DNA of 64,000 nucleotides from an uncultured Candidatus Binatia bacterium (lineage in GTDB: Bacteria > Desulfobacterota > Binatia > Bin18): assembly GCA_965200965.1 (NCBI GenBank), contig OZ241744.1, positions 3,520,562 to 3,584,561 of the forward strand, read 5' to 3'. The position numbers were made by a program, and so were the translations under genes. Every line of letters begins with the position of its first letter. The first letter of the stretch is position 1. Below the pieces are notes generated by a model, which ran no database searches, was not told the origin of the DNA, and saw nothing but the letters and a program-made list of their open reading frames with translations. Positions 10,749-20,700 of the stretch are shown here, one piece after another.

Positions 10749-11855
10749 CTAGGCAATCGCGTAGAGTTCGGCAGCGTTGCCGCCGACGATCCTGGCTATG
10801 TCGCCTTCCCGCATAGCGTCAAACGCCCCAGCGATGAACTCGCGCGAGCGCGGCCACGGCGAATCGGTATGGGGATAGTCTGAGGACCACATGATCTGCT
10901 CGGTGCCGACCGCTTGGCGGGTGAACTCGACATTGCTGGTCTCAAACTGAAAGGTGGCCCAGATGTTCCGCGTGATGTACTCGCTGGGCAACATCGACAG
11001 GGTCAGCCCTTCGATGTGACGCAGCCGGTCATAGGCGTGGTCGAGCCGATACATGAAGTGCGGCAGCCACGACACGTCATTTTCTGCTGAGATGACTTTC
11101 AGCCTGGGGAAGCGCTCAAACACGCCACCGGTGATCATGTCGGCCAGGGTGAGCTGGATTTCTTGGGGCAGGCGCATATAGCCGAACAGAACCCGGCGGC
11201 GACTGAAACGGTTGCCACCGCGGCCGGTCAGGATGTGCAGCGACAGCGGCATGTTCAGCTCTTGGGCGGCGGCCCAGAACGGATCATAGACCGGGTCGCT
11301 GTAGGGGCGGTCTTCGGGCGGGGAGCCCCAGATCAGCGTACCCCGCAGGCCCGTGTTGGCGATCCGTTCCAGTTCTTTGACGCCGGCCGGAATGTCTTCG
11401 AGGGTGATGGCCCCAAGGCCGATGAGGCGCTTGGGATCATAGCTGCAATACTCCGCTGCCCAGTCGTTGAAGGCGGTAAAGCTGGCGGCACGCAGTTCGG
11501 CATCGTCAAGACCGAACAGCAGCATACCCATTGAGGTGTACAGAGCCTCAGCGCTGACCCCGTCGCGGTCCTGTTCTTTGAGGCGTTCGGCTGGGTCCCA
11601 GACGCTCTTGGGGGCAACCTCAAAGCCTCTTTTCAGATGTTCGGGCAGTTCCTCAGAACTTTTGCCCGAGCCAAAAAAGCCGCCGACCTGAACCGGTTGG
11701 ATATTCTCACACATGAACCACTCGCCGGGCCGGCCTTTATACCCTTGTTGGGTGTGTGGTGCCCGGTCACGAAACTTGGCGTCAATACGTTCGGCCCACA
11801 TCGTCGGTGGTTCGACAAAGTGCGAGTCGGCAGAAATAATCCGATAAGCTGTCAT
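10749..11855 (-). CDS. amidohydrolase-2 family metal-dependent hydrolase (ACMSD-like)
   Basis: ISADSHFVEP metal-binding start and WSSDYPH near the C-terminus. 368 aa. Confidence 0.8.
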   Translation of the reverse strand: MTAYRIISADSHFVEPPTMWAERIDAKFRDRAPHTQQGYKGRPGEWFMCENIQPVQVGGFFGSGKSSEELPEHLKRGFEVAPKSVWDPAERLKEQDRDGVSAEALYTSMGMLLFGLDDAELRAASFTAFNDWAAEYCSYDPKRLIGLGAITLEDIPAGVKELERIANTGLRGTLIWGSPPEDRPYSDPVYDPFWAAAQELNMPLSLHILTGRGGNRFSRRRVLFGYMRLPQEIQLTLADMITGGVFERFPRLKVISAENDVSWLPHFMYRLDHAYDRLRHIEGLTLSMLPSEYITRNIWATFQFETSNVEFTRQAVGTEQIMWSSDYPHTDSPWPRSREFIAGAFDAMREGDIARIVGGNAAELYAIA

Positions 11856-12339
11856 GGCACTCCCCTCCTTGTGGCTTAGAATCTGGTGAGTTCAGCTAGC
11901 CTAGCGCGCCTAGCGGGAACGGGCAAGTGAGAGGTTCGGGTCCTGTTGGGAGTGATTACCCGAAGAAAGATTGCCATGACTGAACTCGCCATACTCGGTA
12001 CCGGGATCGCGTTCGCTAGCCCTATCCTTGCCGGGCAGCGTAGGGTGCGGTGTTTTGATTAAAAATTTGAAAATCTTTTCCCGCGTTTTGCATAAGTTCA
12101 GATTATAATAAATCCGCGTATCTTTACCCCCCCCCAGAAAATTCAATAAAATCAGTAACTTACACGATTTTGCAAGATTTGTAGATCCTGGTTTTGTGCG
12201 AGGCTGTTGCAGTAAGGCGGGGAGCGGCCTGACAGCCGGGGAGCGGGGCCTCTTGAGCCGAGTTCGTTGTGCGCCGGCGTCTCTTCTAGTATGGTTTTGC
12301 CCCAGCTAAGCCCCCGCCCTCTCACCGTATTTCTGAGTC

Positions 12340-13167
12340 GTGATTTCAAGAACTGACACCCGTCCGTTCTCCTTTCACCTGGATGAAACCTTTGAAAAGT
12401 ACCTGATCGCCCTGTACCGGCGAAAAGACCTGCTTCTCTACTTGGCGACATCTGGGCTCAAAGCCCAGTACCGTAACACTGCCCTGGGCTATCTGTGGTG
12501 GTTGCTTGACCCTCTGCTCGGGGTGCTGATCTATTATTTTGTGATAGCGGTGGTGTTTCGCCAGGGTGGCCCTGACTATGGGCCCTTTCTGGTCATCGGC
12601 CTGATTGTCTGGCAGTGGTTTGACTCGAGCCTGTCCTTGGCCTGCCGGTCTATCGCTTCCCAGGCCGGTATTATCACCCAGGTGTACCTGCCAAAGGCGA
12701 TTTTTCCGCTTGGCGCAGCCCTGTCGCAGTTGATCAATTTTGGTTTTGGTCTGGCGATTATTGCCCTGTTCGGGATTTTTTTTCAGTTCAGACCCGGCTT
12801 GCCCCTGGTGTGGCTGCCGTATATCATCCTGGTGCAGTTTGTGTTCGTGTCCGCCCTTGGCCTTGTGCTGGCCTATGTGTCGGTGTTTGTCCGTGATGCC
12901 GAGAATGTGACGAGTTATGTGTTGCGGTTGTGGTTCTTTGGCTCGCCGGTGATCTGGTCGGAGGAGGTCTTGGCCGGGCGGGCGGGCTGGATCGTGGAAT
13001 GGAACCCGATGGCGTATTTTCTGGCTGCGTATCGCGCGGTGTTCATGGCCCAGTCGCCCCCGGATTATGGGATTTTAGCCCTCATCGGCGGTCTATCGAC
13101 CCTGCTCCTTGTGTATATGACCTACCATTTCAGCCAGCACGAACATAAGATGATCAAGGTCTTGTGA
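12340..13167 (+). CDS. wzm: ABC-2 type polysaccharide export permease
   Basis: N-terminal YRRKDLLLYLATSGLKAQYRNTALGYLWWLLDPLL signature followed by 6 TM-like segments. The stop overlaps the next gene's start (GTGATG). The GTG start at 12340 is tentative. Confidence 0.8.
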   Translation: MISRTDTRPFSFHLDETFEKYLIALYRRKDLLLYLATSGLKAQYRNTALGYLWWLLDPLLGVLIYYFVIAVVFRQGGPDYGPFLVIGLIVWQWFDSSLSLACRSIASQAGIITQVYLPKAIFPLGAALSQLINFGFGLAIIALFGIFFQFRPGLPLVWLPYIILVQFVFVSALGLVLAYVSVFVRDAENVTSYVLRLWFFGSPVIWSEEVLAGRAGWIVEWNPMAYFLAAYRAVFMAQSPPDYGILALIGGLSTLLLVYMTYHFSQHEHKMIKVL

Positions 13168-14720
13168 TGGCCTCCTTCGCGCCTTCCTCTGCCATTGTCC
13201 GGCCTCAAACGGTACCGCCCGAGGTCCTGCTGCAAGCCTCTGGAGTCGGGGTTGAGTATGTCCTCGGCAACAGACGAGAGGATGTGAAATCGCTGACCCA
13301 TAATCTGTTTCGCCTCCACCGGCGGCAGACCTTCTGGGCCTTGCACGATGTCAACCTTGTCGGCCGCGCCGGCGAGGTGGTGGGCATCATCGGGGCAAAC
13401 GGAGTGGGGAAAACGACGCTGTGTCGGACCCTGTCCGGGCTGCTGCGGCCTGACCGTGGCCGGGTCGAGACCGCCGGCAGGGTGCTGGCCCTGCTGTCCC
13501 TGGGCACGGGTTTCAACCACCAGCTTTCAGGCCGCGAGAACATTTTTCTCAATGGCATGATGCTGGGCGTATCTCAACGGCGTCTCGCCGAACTCTTCCC
13601 CCAGATTGTGGCCTTCTCTGAATTGGAGCGTTTTATTGATCAGCCACTCAAGTCCTACTCGAGTGGGATGGTGGCACGGCTCGGTTTCAGCATTGCCGCC
13701 AGCCTGGATCCCGAGATTCTGATTCTTGATGAAACGCTCAGCACGGGCGATCTGGCCTTCTCCGAGAAAGCCGGGCAGAGGATGCATGAGCTGACCCGGC
13801 AGGCAAAGCTGGTCATTGTCGTGACCCATCGGCTCCCGTTTGTTGAGACCTACTGCACCCGGGCGGTGTGGATTGATGGGGGAATGGTCCGGGCGAGCGG
13901 GTCTGCCCGGGAGGTTGTTGGGCGGTATAGACAGGCGCTTCCGCCCCAGGCTCCCGCTAGGCAGCCCGTCAACCTGCCGGAGACCACCTCCATGCCGGGG
14001 TCTAGGCCGGTCGCTGTTGCCCGTCATCTCGGGGTGCAGTTTGCCTTGCGGCCGGCCGGCACGAATGTCAGGCGGTGGTCGTTATTCAGGAAAAAACCCG
14101 TCTTTGAGGCGCTGCGGGATGTGTCTCTTGAGGTATTTGAGGGGGATATTCTGGGCATCATCGGCCCCAACGGTGCCGGCAAGACAACCCTGTGTCGTGT
14201 CCTCAGCGGCCTGTTACGAGCCGACACCGGCCACATCAGTGTTGCGGGCGACATGAGCGCGCTGCTGACGTTGGGTGTGGGGTTTCACGAGCAACTCAGT
14301 GGGCGGGATAACGTGTATCTTAGCGGCATGATGCTGGGCCTCCAGAAAAAGCGGCTGACCGTTCTATACCCCCAGATTATCAAGTTTGCCGGGCTTCAGG
14401 ACGCCATCCATCTGCCCATCAAGCACTATTCGTCGGGGATGCGGGCCAGGCTCGGCTTCAGTGTCGCAGCCATGATCCAGCCGGATGTGTTCATCATTGA
14501 CGAGGCGCTCAACGCAGGCGATGCCGCCTTCTCCGAGCGGGCCAGCGGTAAGCTCCACGACCTCATCGCCAGCGCCAAAGCGGTGATGGTCGTGACACAC
14601 AACCTGGACTTTGTTATACGGGTGTGTACCCGGGCCGTGTGGCTGGAGGCCGGCGCGGTGCGGTTTAGTGGCAGCCCGGCCGAGGCGGTAGACCTGTATC
14701 GGCAGACGGCCCGGTGCTGA
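13164..14720 (+). CDS. wzt: polysaccharide ABC exporter ATPase with two fused nucleotide-binding domains
   Basis: Two complete NBDs. NBD1: GANGVGKTT, YSSGMVARLGF, ILILDETLSTGD, VVTH. NBD2: GPNGAGKTT, YSSGMRARLGF, VFIIDEALNAGD, VVTH. No C-terminal carbohydrate-binding module. Confidence 0.8.
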   Translation: MMASFAPSSAIVRPQTVPPEVLLQASGVGVEYVLGNRREDVKSLTHNLFRLHRRQTFWALHDVNLVGRAGEVVGIIGANGVGKTTLCRTLSGLLRPDRGRVETAGRVLALLSLGTGFNHQLSGRENIFLNGMMLGVSQRRLAELFPQIVAFSELERFIDQPLKSYSSGMVARLGFSIAASLDPEILILDETLSTGDLAFSEKAGQRMHELTRQAKLVIVVTHRLPFVETYCTRAVWIDGGMVRASGSAREVVGRYRQALPPQAPARQPVNLPETTSMPGSRPVAVARHLGVQFALRPAGTNVRRWSLFRKKPVFEALRDVSLEVFEGDILGIIGPNGAGKTTLCRVLSGLLRADTGHISVAGDMSALLTLGVGFHEQLSGRDNVYLSGMMLGLQKKRLTVLYPQIIKFAGLQDAIHLPIKHYSSGMRARLGFSVAAMIQPDVFIIDEALNAGDAAFSERASGKLHDLIASAKAVMVVTHNLDFVIRVCTRAVWLEAGAVRFSGSPAEAVDLYRQTARC

Positions 14721-14746
14721 GCGCGCACGGAAAGCGAGAGGACAGA

Positions 14747-17700
14747 ATGCAGATCATCGTTCTGGGGATGCACCGGTCGGGCACATCCGTCCTGACCCGG
14801 CTGCTCAATCTGATGGGGGCCTCTGTTGGGGTGGAAGGGAACCTGATAGAACCCACCGGGGAGAACGCCAAAGGCTATTGGGAACGCCTCGATATCTATG
14901 CGCTCCATCAAGAGGTGCTGACGGCTGTTGGAGCGGACTGGTACAAGGTCAGTCAGTTTGAACCCGGTCGCCTGAGTGCTGAGCAGCGCGCGGCTTTTAG
15001 TGCTCGGGCGCGGAACATTCTCTCTAAGCTTGATGCCCATCGTCCCTGGGTGCTGAAAGATCCCAGGCTGTGTGTGTTGCTGCCGCTGTGGCAGGAGTTA
15101 CTGGAAGCTCCGATCTATGTGCATATCTGGCGCAACCCACTCGAGGTGGCCCAATCGCTGCGCACCTGGAAGGGCTTCCCGATCCGATTTGGGATAGCGT
15201 TGTGGGAGCAGCATAATTTGGCCGCCCTGCACCATACTCGTGGCTTCCCCCGCTTGCTGGTGAGTCACCGGGACCTGATGCAGCGCCCGGTTCAGACTGT
15301 TCGGACCTTCTATAAGGACCTCGTAGCCCTAGGGGTCCCCAGGCTCGGCTGTCCGGGTGAGCGAGAGATTACATCTTTTATTGAGGCTGCTCTGTACCGG
15401 GAGCGGGGTGGCATCAAGTGCCAGAAGCAGTTCGTTAATCAAGCCCAAGCCAAGCTGCTGCGGGCTTTGGAAAAGCGGCGGGTTCTGCAATGGAAGTCCC
15501 TGCCAGCACTCTCAGCGGGTAGCCACGAGACTCTGGTTGAATATGAGGAACGGGCGGCGGCAGAGGCGCGGCGGGCGGCGGAGGTTGAAGCGTTAGAGGG
15601 GCGCGTAGGGGCGGCGGAGGCGGCGCGGGCGGCGGAGGTAGGGGAGTTACAGGGGCAGGTGGCGGCGGCAGAGGCGCGGCGGGCGGCGGAGGTTGAAGCG
15701 TTAGAGGGGCGCGTAGGGGCGGCGGAGGCGGCGCGGGCGGCGGAGGTAGGGGAGTTACAGGGGCAGGTGGCGGCGGCAGAGGCGCGGCGGGCGGCGGAGG
15801 TTGAAGCGTTAGAGGGGCGCGTAGGGGCGGCGGAGGCGGCGCGGGCGGCGGAGGTAGGGGAGTTACAGGGGCAGGTGGCGGCGGCAGAGGCGCGGCGGGC
15901 GGCGGAGGTTGAAGCGTTAGAGGGGCGCGTAGGGGCGGCGGAGGCGGCGCGGGCGGCGGAGGTAGGGGAGTTACAGGGGCAGGTGGCGGCGGCAGAGGCG
16001 CGGCGGGCGGCGGAGGTTGAAGCGTTAGAGGGGCGCGTAGGGGCGGCGGAGGCGGCGCGGGCGGCGGAGGTTGAAGCGTTAGAGGGGCGCGTAGGGGCGG
16101 CGGAGGCGGCGCGGGCGGCGGAGGTAGGGGAGTTACAGGGGCAGGTGGCGGCGGCAGAGGCGCGGCGGGCGGCGGAGGTTGAAGCGTTAGAGGGGCGCGT
16201 AGGGGCGGCAGAGGCGCGGCGGGCGGCGGAGGTTGAAGCGTTAGAGGGGCGCGTAGGGGTGGCGGAGGCGGCGCGGGCGGCGGAGGTAGGGGAGTTACAG
16301 GGGCAGGTGGCGGCGGCAGAGGCGCGGCGGGCGGCGGAGGTTGAAGCGTTAGAGGGGCGCGTAGGGGCGGCGGAGGCGGCGCGGGCGGCGGAGGTAGGGG
16401 AGTTACAGGGGCAGGTGGCGGCGGCAGAGGCGCGGCGGGCGGCGGAGGTTGAAGCGTTAGAGGGGCGCGTAGGGGCGGCAGAGGCGCGGCGGGCGGCGGA
16501 GGTTGAAGCGTTAGAGGGGCGCGTAGGGGTGGCGGAGGCGGCGCGGGCGGCGGAGGTAGGGGAGTTACAGGGGCAGGTGGCGGCGGCAGAGGCGCGGCGG
16601 GCGGCGGAGGTTGAAGCGTTAGAGGGGCGCGTAGGGGCGGCGGAGGCGGCGCGGGCGGCGGAGGTAGGGGAGTTACAGGGGCAGGTGGCGGCGGCAGAGG
16701 CGCGGCGGGCGGCGGAGGTTGAAGCGTTAGAGGGGCGCGTAGGGGCGGCAGAGGCGCGGCGGGCGGCGGAGGTAGGGGAGTTACAGGGGCAGGTGGCGGC
16801 GGCAGAGGCGCGGCGGGCGGCGGAGGTTGAAGCGTTAGAGGGGCGCGTAGGGGCGGCAGAGGCGCGGCGGGCGGCGGAGGTTGAAGCGTTAGAGGGGCGC
16901 GTAGGGGCGGCGGAGGCGGCGCGGGCGGCGGAGGTAGGGGAGTTACAGGGGCAGGTGGCGGCGGCAGAGGCGCGGCGGGCGGCGGAGGTTGAAGCGTTAG
17001 AGGGGCGCGTAGGGGCGGCAGAGGCGCGGCGGGCGGCGGAGGTTGAAGCGTTAGAGGGGCGCGTAGGGGCGGCAGAGGCGCGGCGGGCGGCGGAGGTTGA
17101 AGCGTTAGAGGGGCGCGTAGGGGCGGCGGAGGCGGCGCGGGCGGCGGAGGTAGGGGAGTTACAGGGGCAGGTGGCGGCGGCAGAGGCGCGGCGGGCGGCG
17201 GAGGTTGAAGCGAGTGAGCAGACGGCGGCAACGGAACGTGAGGCGATCATCGCCCTGTTCCACAATTCGCATAGCTGGCGCATAGCCGCTCCACTCCGAG
17301 TCATAGGGCGAGTCTGGCGAGCGATAGGCTGGCGGGGCCGCGGGCTTTTGAGCCAGATCGCCCGACCAATCTATTATCGAGCCCCCCTCCCGTTTGCTAC
17401 CAAGGTCTGGCTCAAGGAAAGCCTTTTCACCGTTGCCCCGCTGCTGTTCCGGCATACTATTGCCTACCGGGACTGGACGCAGAGCCGGGCAGCGGAGGTG
17501 ATAGCATTACGCGAAGAGTTAGCAACGAGTGAAGCGCGGCGGGCGGCCGAGGAGGAAGCGCGGCGGGCGGCCGAGGAGGAAGCGCGGCGGGCGGCCGAGG
17601 AGGAAGCGCGGCGGGCGGCCGAGGAGGAAGCGCGGCGGGCGGCCGAGGAGGAAGCGCGGCGGGCGGCCGAGGAGGAAGCGCGGCGGGCGGCCGAGGAGGA

Positions 17701-20700
17701 AGCGCGGCGGGCGGCCGAGGAGGAAGCGCGGCGGGCGGCCGAGGAGGAAGCGCGGCGGGCGGCCGAGGAGGAAGCGCGGCGGGCGGCCGAGGAGGAAGCG
17801 CGGCGGGCGGCCGAGGAGGAAGCGCGGCGGGCGGCCGAGGAGGAAGCGCGGCGGGCGGCCGAGGAGGAAGCGCGGCGGGCGGCCGAGGAGGAAGCGCGGC
17901 GGGCGGCCGAGGAGGAAGCGCGGCGGGCGGCCGAGGAGGAAGCGCGGCGGGCGGCCGAGGAGGAAGCGCGGCGGGCGGCCGAGGAGGAAGCGCGGCGGGC
18001 GGCCGAGGAGGAAGCGCGGCGGGCGGCCGATACGACTTTATCCGCCTTGTACGTCGCGGAAGCGGCGGACTCGATCAATCCGAAAACTCTGCCCGTGAAA
18101 TTGATCGCGTTTTACTTGCCGCAATACCATCCGATTCCTGAAAACGACGAGTGGTGGGGGACAGGCTTCACCGAGTGGACGAACGTCACCAAAGCTAGGC
18201 CGAACTACGAAGGGCATTATCAGCCACGTCGACCCGCGGACCTGGGCTTCTACGACCTGCGGGTGCCCGAGGTGATGGAGCAGCAGGCCGCTCTGGCGCG
18301 TCGCTACGGCCTCTCTGGGTTCTGTTACTACTACTATTGGTTCGAAGGGAAACGGCTGCTGGAAATGCCGCTGGAGCGCATGTTAGCGACCGGCCAGCCG
18401 GACTTTCCTTTCTGCCTGGCGTGGGCCAACGAGAACTGGACCCGCCGCTGGGATGGTACCGAACGCGAGATTCTGCTCGCCCAGCACCACAGCGACGCGG
18501 ACGATATGGCTGTCATCCGTGATCTGATGCGGTATTTCCGACATCCCAACTACATCCGCATCAACGGCAAGCCCTTGCTCCTGATCTATAGAATTGTCTT
18601 ATTTTCCGATATCCGGCGCACGGTGACGCGCTGGCGGGAGGTGTGTCAACGGGAGGGGATTGGCGACATCTACCTAGCCATGAACGCGACATTTGAATAC
18701 GTCGGTGCCGATGTAGACCCTGCTGTCTACGGCCTGGATGCCGTTGTTGAACATCCTCCCCATTACAGGGAGACGCCTATTGAAATACCTGGCCGACGAC
18801 TCAATCCAGACTATGTTGGGCGGGTTGTTGATTACTCAGAGTTCGCCAAGGTTTTTTTTGAAAGAGAATTCCCGGACCATGTCATAAGATTCCGCGGGGT
18901 GATGTCAAGTTGGGACAACACGCCTCGTCAGCAGAATAGGGCTAATATTTTTCACGGGTCCGACCCGGAGGCTTACCAGGCTTGGCTCCAAGCTGCCATC
19001 CGGCAGACAACTACCCGGTACTCGGGGGACGAGCGCTTGGTGTTTATCAACGGCTGGAACGAATGGGGAGAAGGATCGTACCTGGAACCGGATCGCAGAT
19101 ATGGGTTCGCCTACCTGGAGGCGACCCGAGCGGCACTCCTGGCCACGGGCGCGAAATTGCTGCCTGTCACTGTCCGGGAAGACCCGACGGGGTCTCCTGA
19201 AACGGTCGCTTGTCCTCGAGTCTCAATTATCGTCCCGAACTATAACCATGAAAGATTCCTCAAACAACGGCTCGAAAGCATCTACTCGCAGCAGTTTACG
19301 GATTTTGAGGTCATCATCCTTGACGATGCATCCACCGATGGAAGCATGGACATTATTGCGCAATATCAGGAGCGGTTTTCGAACAAGACAAGGGTGATCC
19401 GCAACCAGAAGAACTCCGGGAACCTGTTTTCACAGTGGCTCGCCGGACTCGACTTGGCTCAAGGAGAGCTTGTCTGGATCGCGGAAAGCGATGATTTCGC
19501 AGATGAGAATTTCCTGAGAGACATGGTTGCGGAGTTCTCTGACGAGGCCGTACTTCTGGCCTATGGAGACACCCAATATGTTAATACGGAAGGGGAGTTC
19601 GTTCCGGGCATATCCTCCTATCTTGAAGGCACTGGCTTCAATCAATGGAAAGACTCCTACAAAAAGTCTTCCTGGAGCGAATTCAATGGTCCCTTTGGCG
19701 TGAAGTGCATTATCGCCAATGTGTCTGGGACCGTTTTCAGAAAGCCTCTCCTTTCACCCCAGGAGCGCGAAACATTGGTCAAGTTTTTGATCTGTGGCGA
19801 TTGGTATTTCTACAGCCTGATTGCAAGAGGGGGATATATATCCTTTGTCAAGAGCGCGAAGAACCATTTCCGCCTTCGTGACGACAGTAACTCGAGGAGT
19901 TCCTATGGCGGAAGACAGTTTTACAGTGAACATTTCGACATCCTATCAAATATCAAGAAGATCTACGGCGTTTCCGAGGCTATCGTCGAGCGGCATTTTC
20001 ATGCGTTAGAGGAGGTGTATGCCGCCTGTGTGGAGCCGGGGCGATTCAGTCTTCACGAGGTCTTTCCATACCACGAGATAGTGGAGAAGCAAGATGGTTT
20101 CTTGCGGATATGCATTGCGAGTTTGGGCTTCTATTCTGGAGGCGGCGAGGTCGTGTCCATCGACCTTGCGAACAGGTTGCGTGCTTTGGGCCACAGTGTG
20201 ACCTTCTTTGCCTTGGGATGGGAACTTGGTCAATTCAGTCAGGAACAGCGGAGGCGACTGCGTAGCGACATCCCCGTATGCTATCGGGAGACCATGCAGG
20301 GCACTTTCCAGGACCTGCAAGAGGAACTCGGTTGCCAGATTCTGAATACGCACTGCATCAGCGTGGATCTCTTCTTATTTGAGGAGATGTACAACCCGCT
20401 GGGTCTTTGGGTACTGACCCAACACGGCTCATACGAGGCCCTTTTGAGTCCCGCGAATGGCCAGGCTGCGGATTTTTTCAGAAACTACGAGAAAGCCTTT
20501 CAGTTTGTGGATTTTGTCAAAAACAAGGTGGATCACTGGGTACTCGTGTCGAAAAAAAGCGTAGACATATTGTCATCTATGGGTATAGGCTCGACAGCCT
20601 CCACACACATACCAAATGGAGTCCCTGATCCCGTGAACAGCCTTTCTCTTAGGAAAATCAGCCGAGACGCCTTGAATATTCCAGCCGAGGCATTTGTTTT

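Noticed and set aside
12104-12109. A perfect TATAAT in the AT-rich tract (about 12050-12190) upstream of wzm, as the promoter of the glycan locus.
   Set aside because: I found no acceptable -35 hexamer at 16-18 bp spacing, and it lies about 230 nt from the proposed start. The AT-rich tract is worth noting as the probable regulatory region, but a specific promoter call is unsupported.
15435-17304. Two very long minus-strand ORFs (598 and 621 aa; Pro-rich PPPPAAPLPPP... and Ser/Ala/Thr-rich ...SAARRASAA...) opposite the 54-bp repeat array.
   Set aside because: They are mirror images of a stop-free GC-rich tandem repeat. They start and end with the repeat, and they have no flanking domains or RBS. 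The plus-strand frame is continuous with recognisable enzyme domains on both sides.
15557-18030. Could the regular repeats be a CRISPR array?
   Set aside because: The units abut directly with no unique spacers. The periods (54/108 and 24 bp) are multiples of 3 within a long ORF, and no cas genes are present.
17464-18098. Alternative-frame and antisense ORFs over the 24-bp array ((RRASSSAA)n on the minus strand, (KRGGRPRR)n on the plus strand).
   Set aside because: Same artefact: any frame of a perfect stop-free repeat is open. Only the EARRAAEE frame connects to the upstream and downstream domains.
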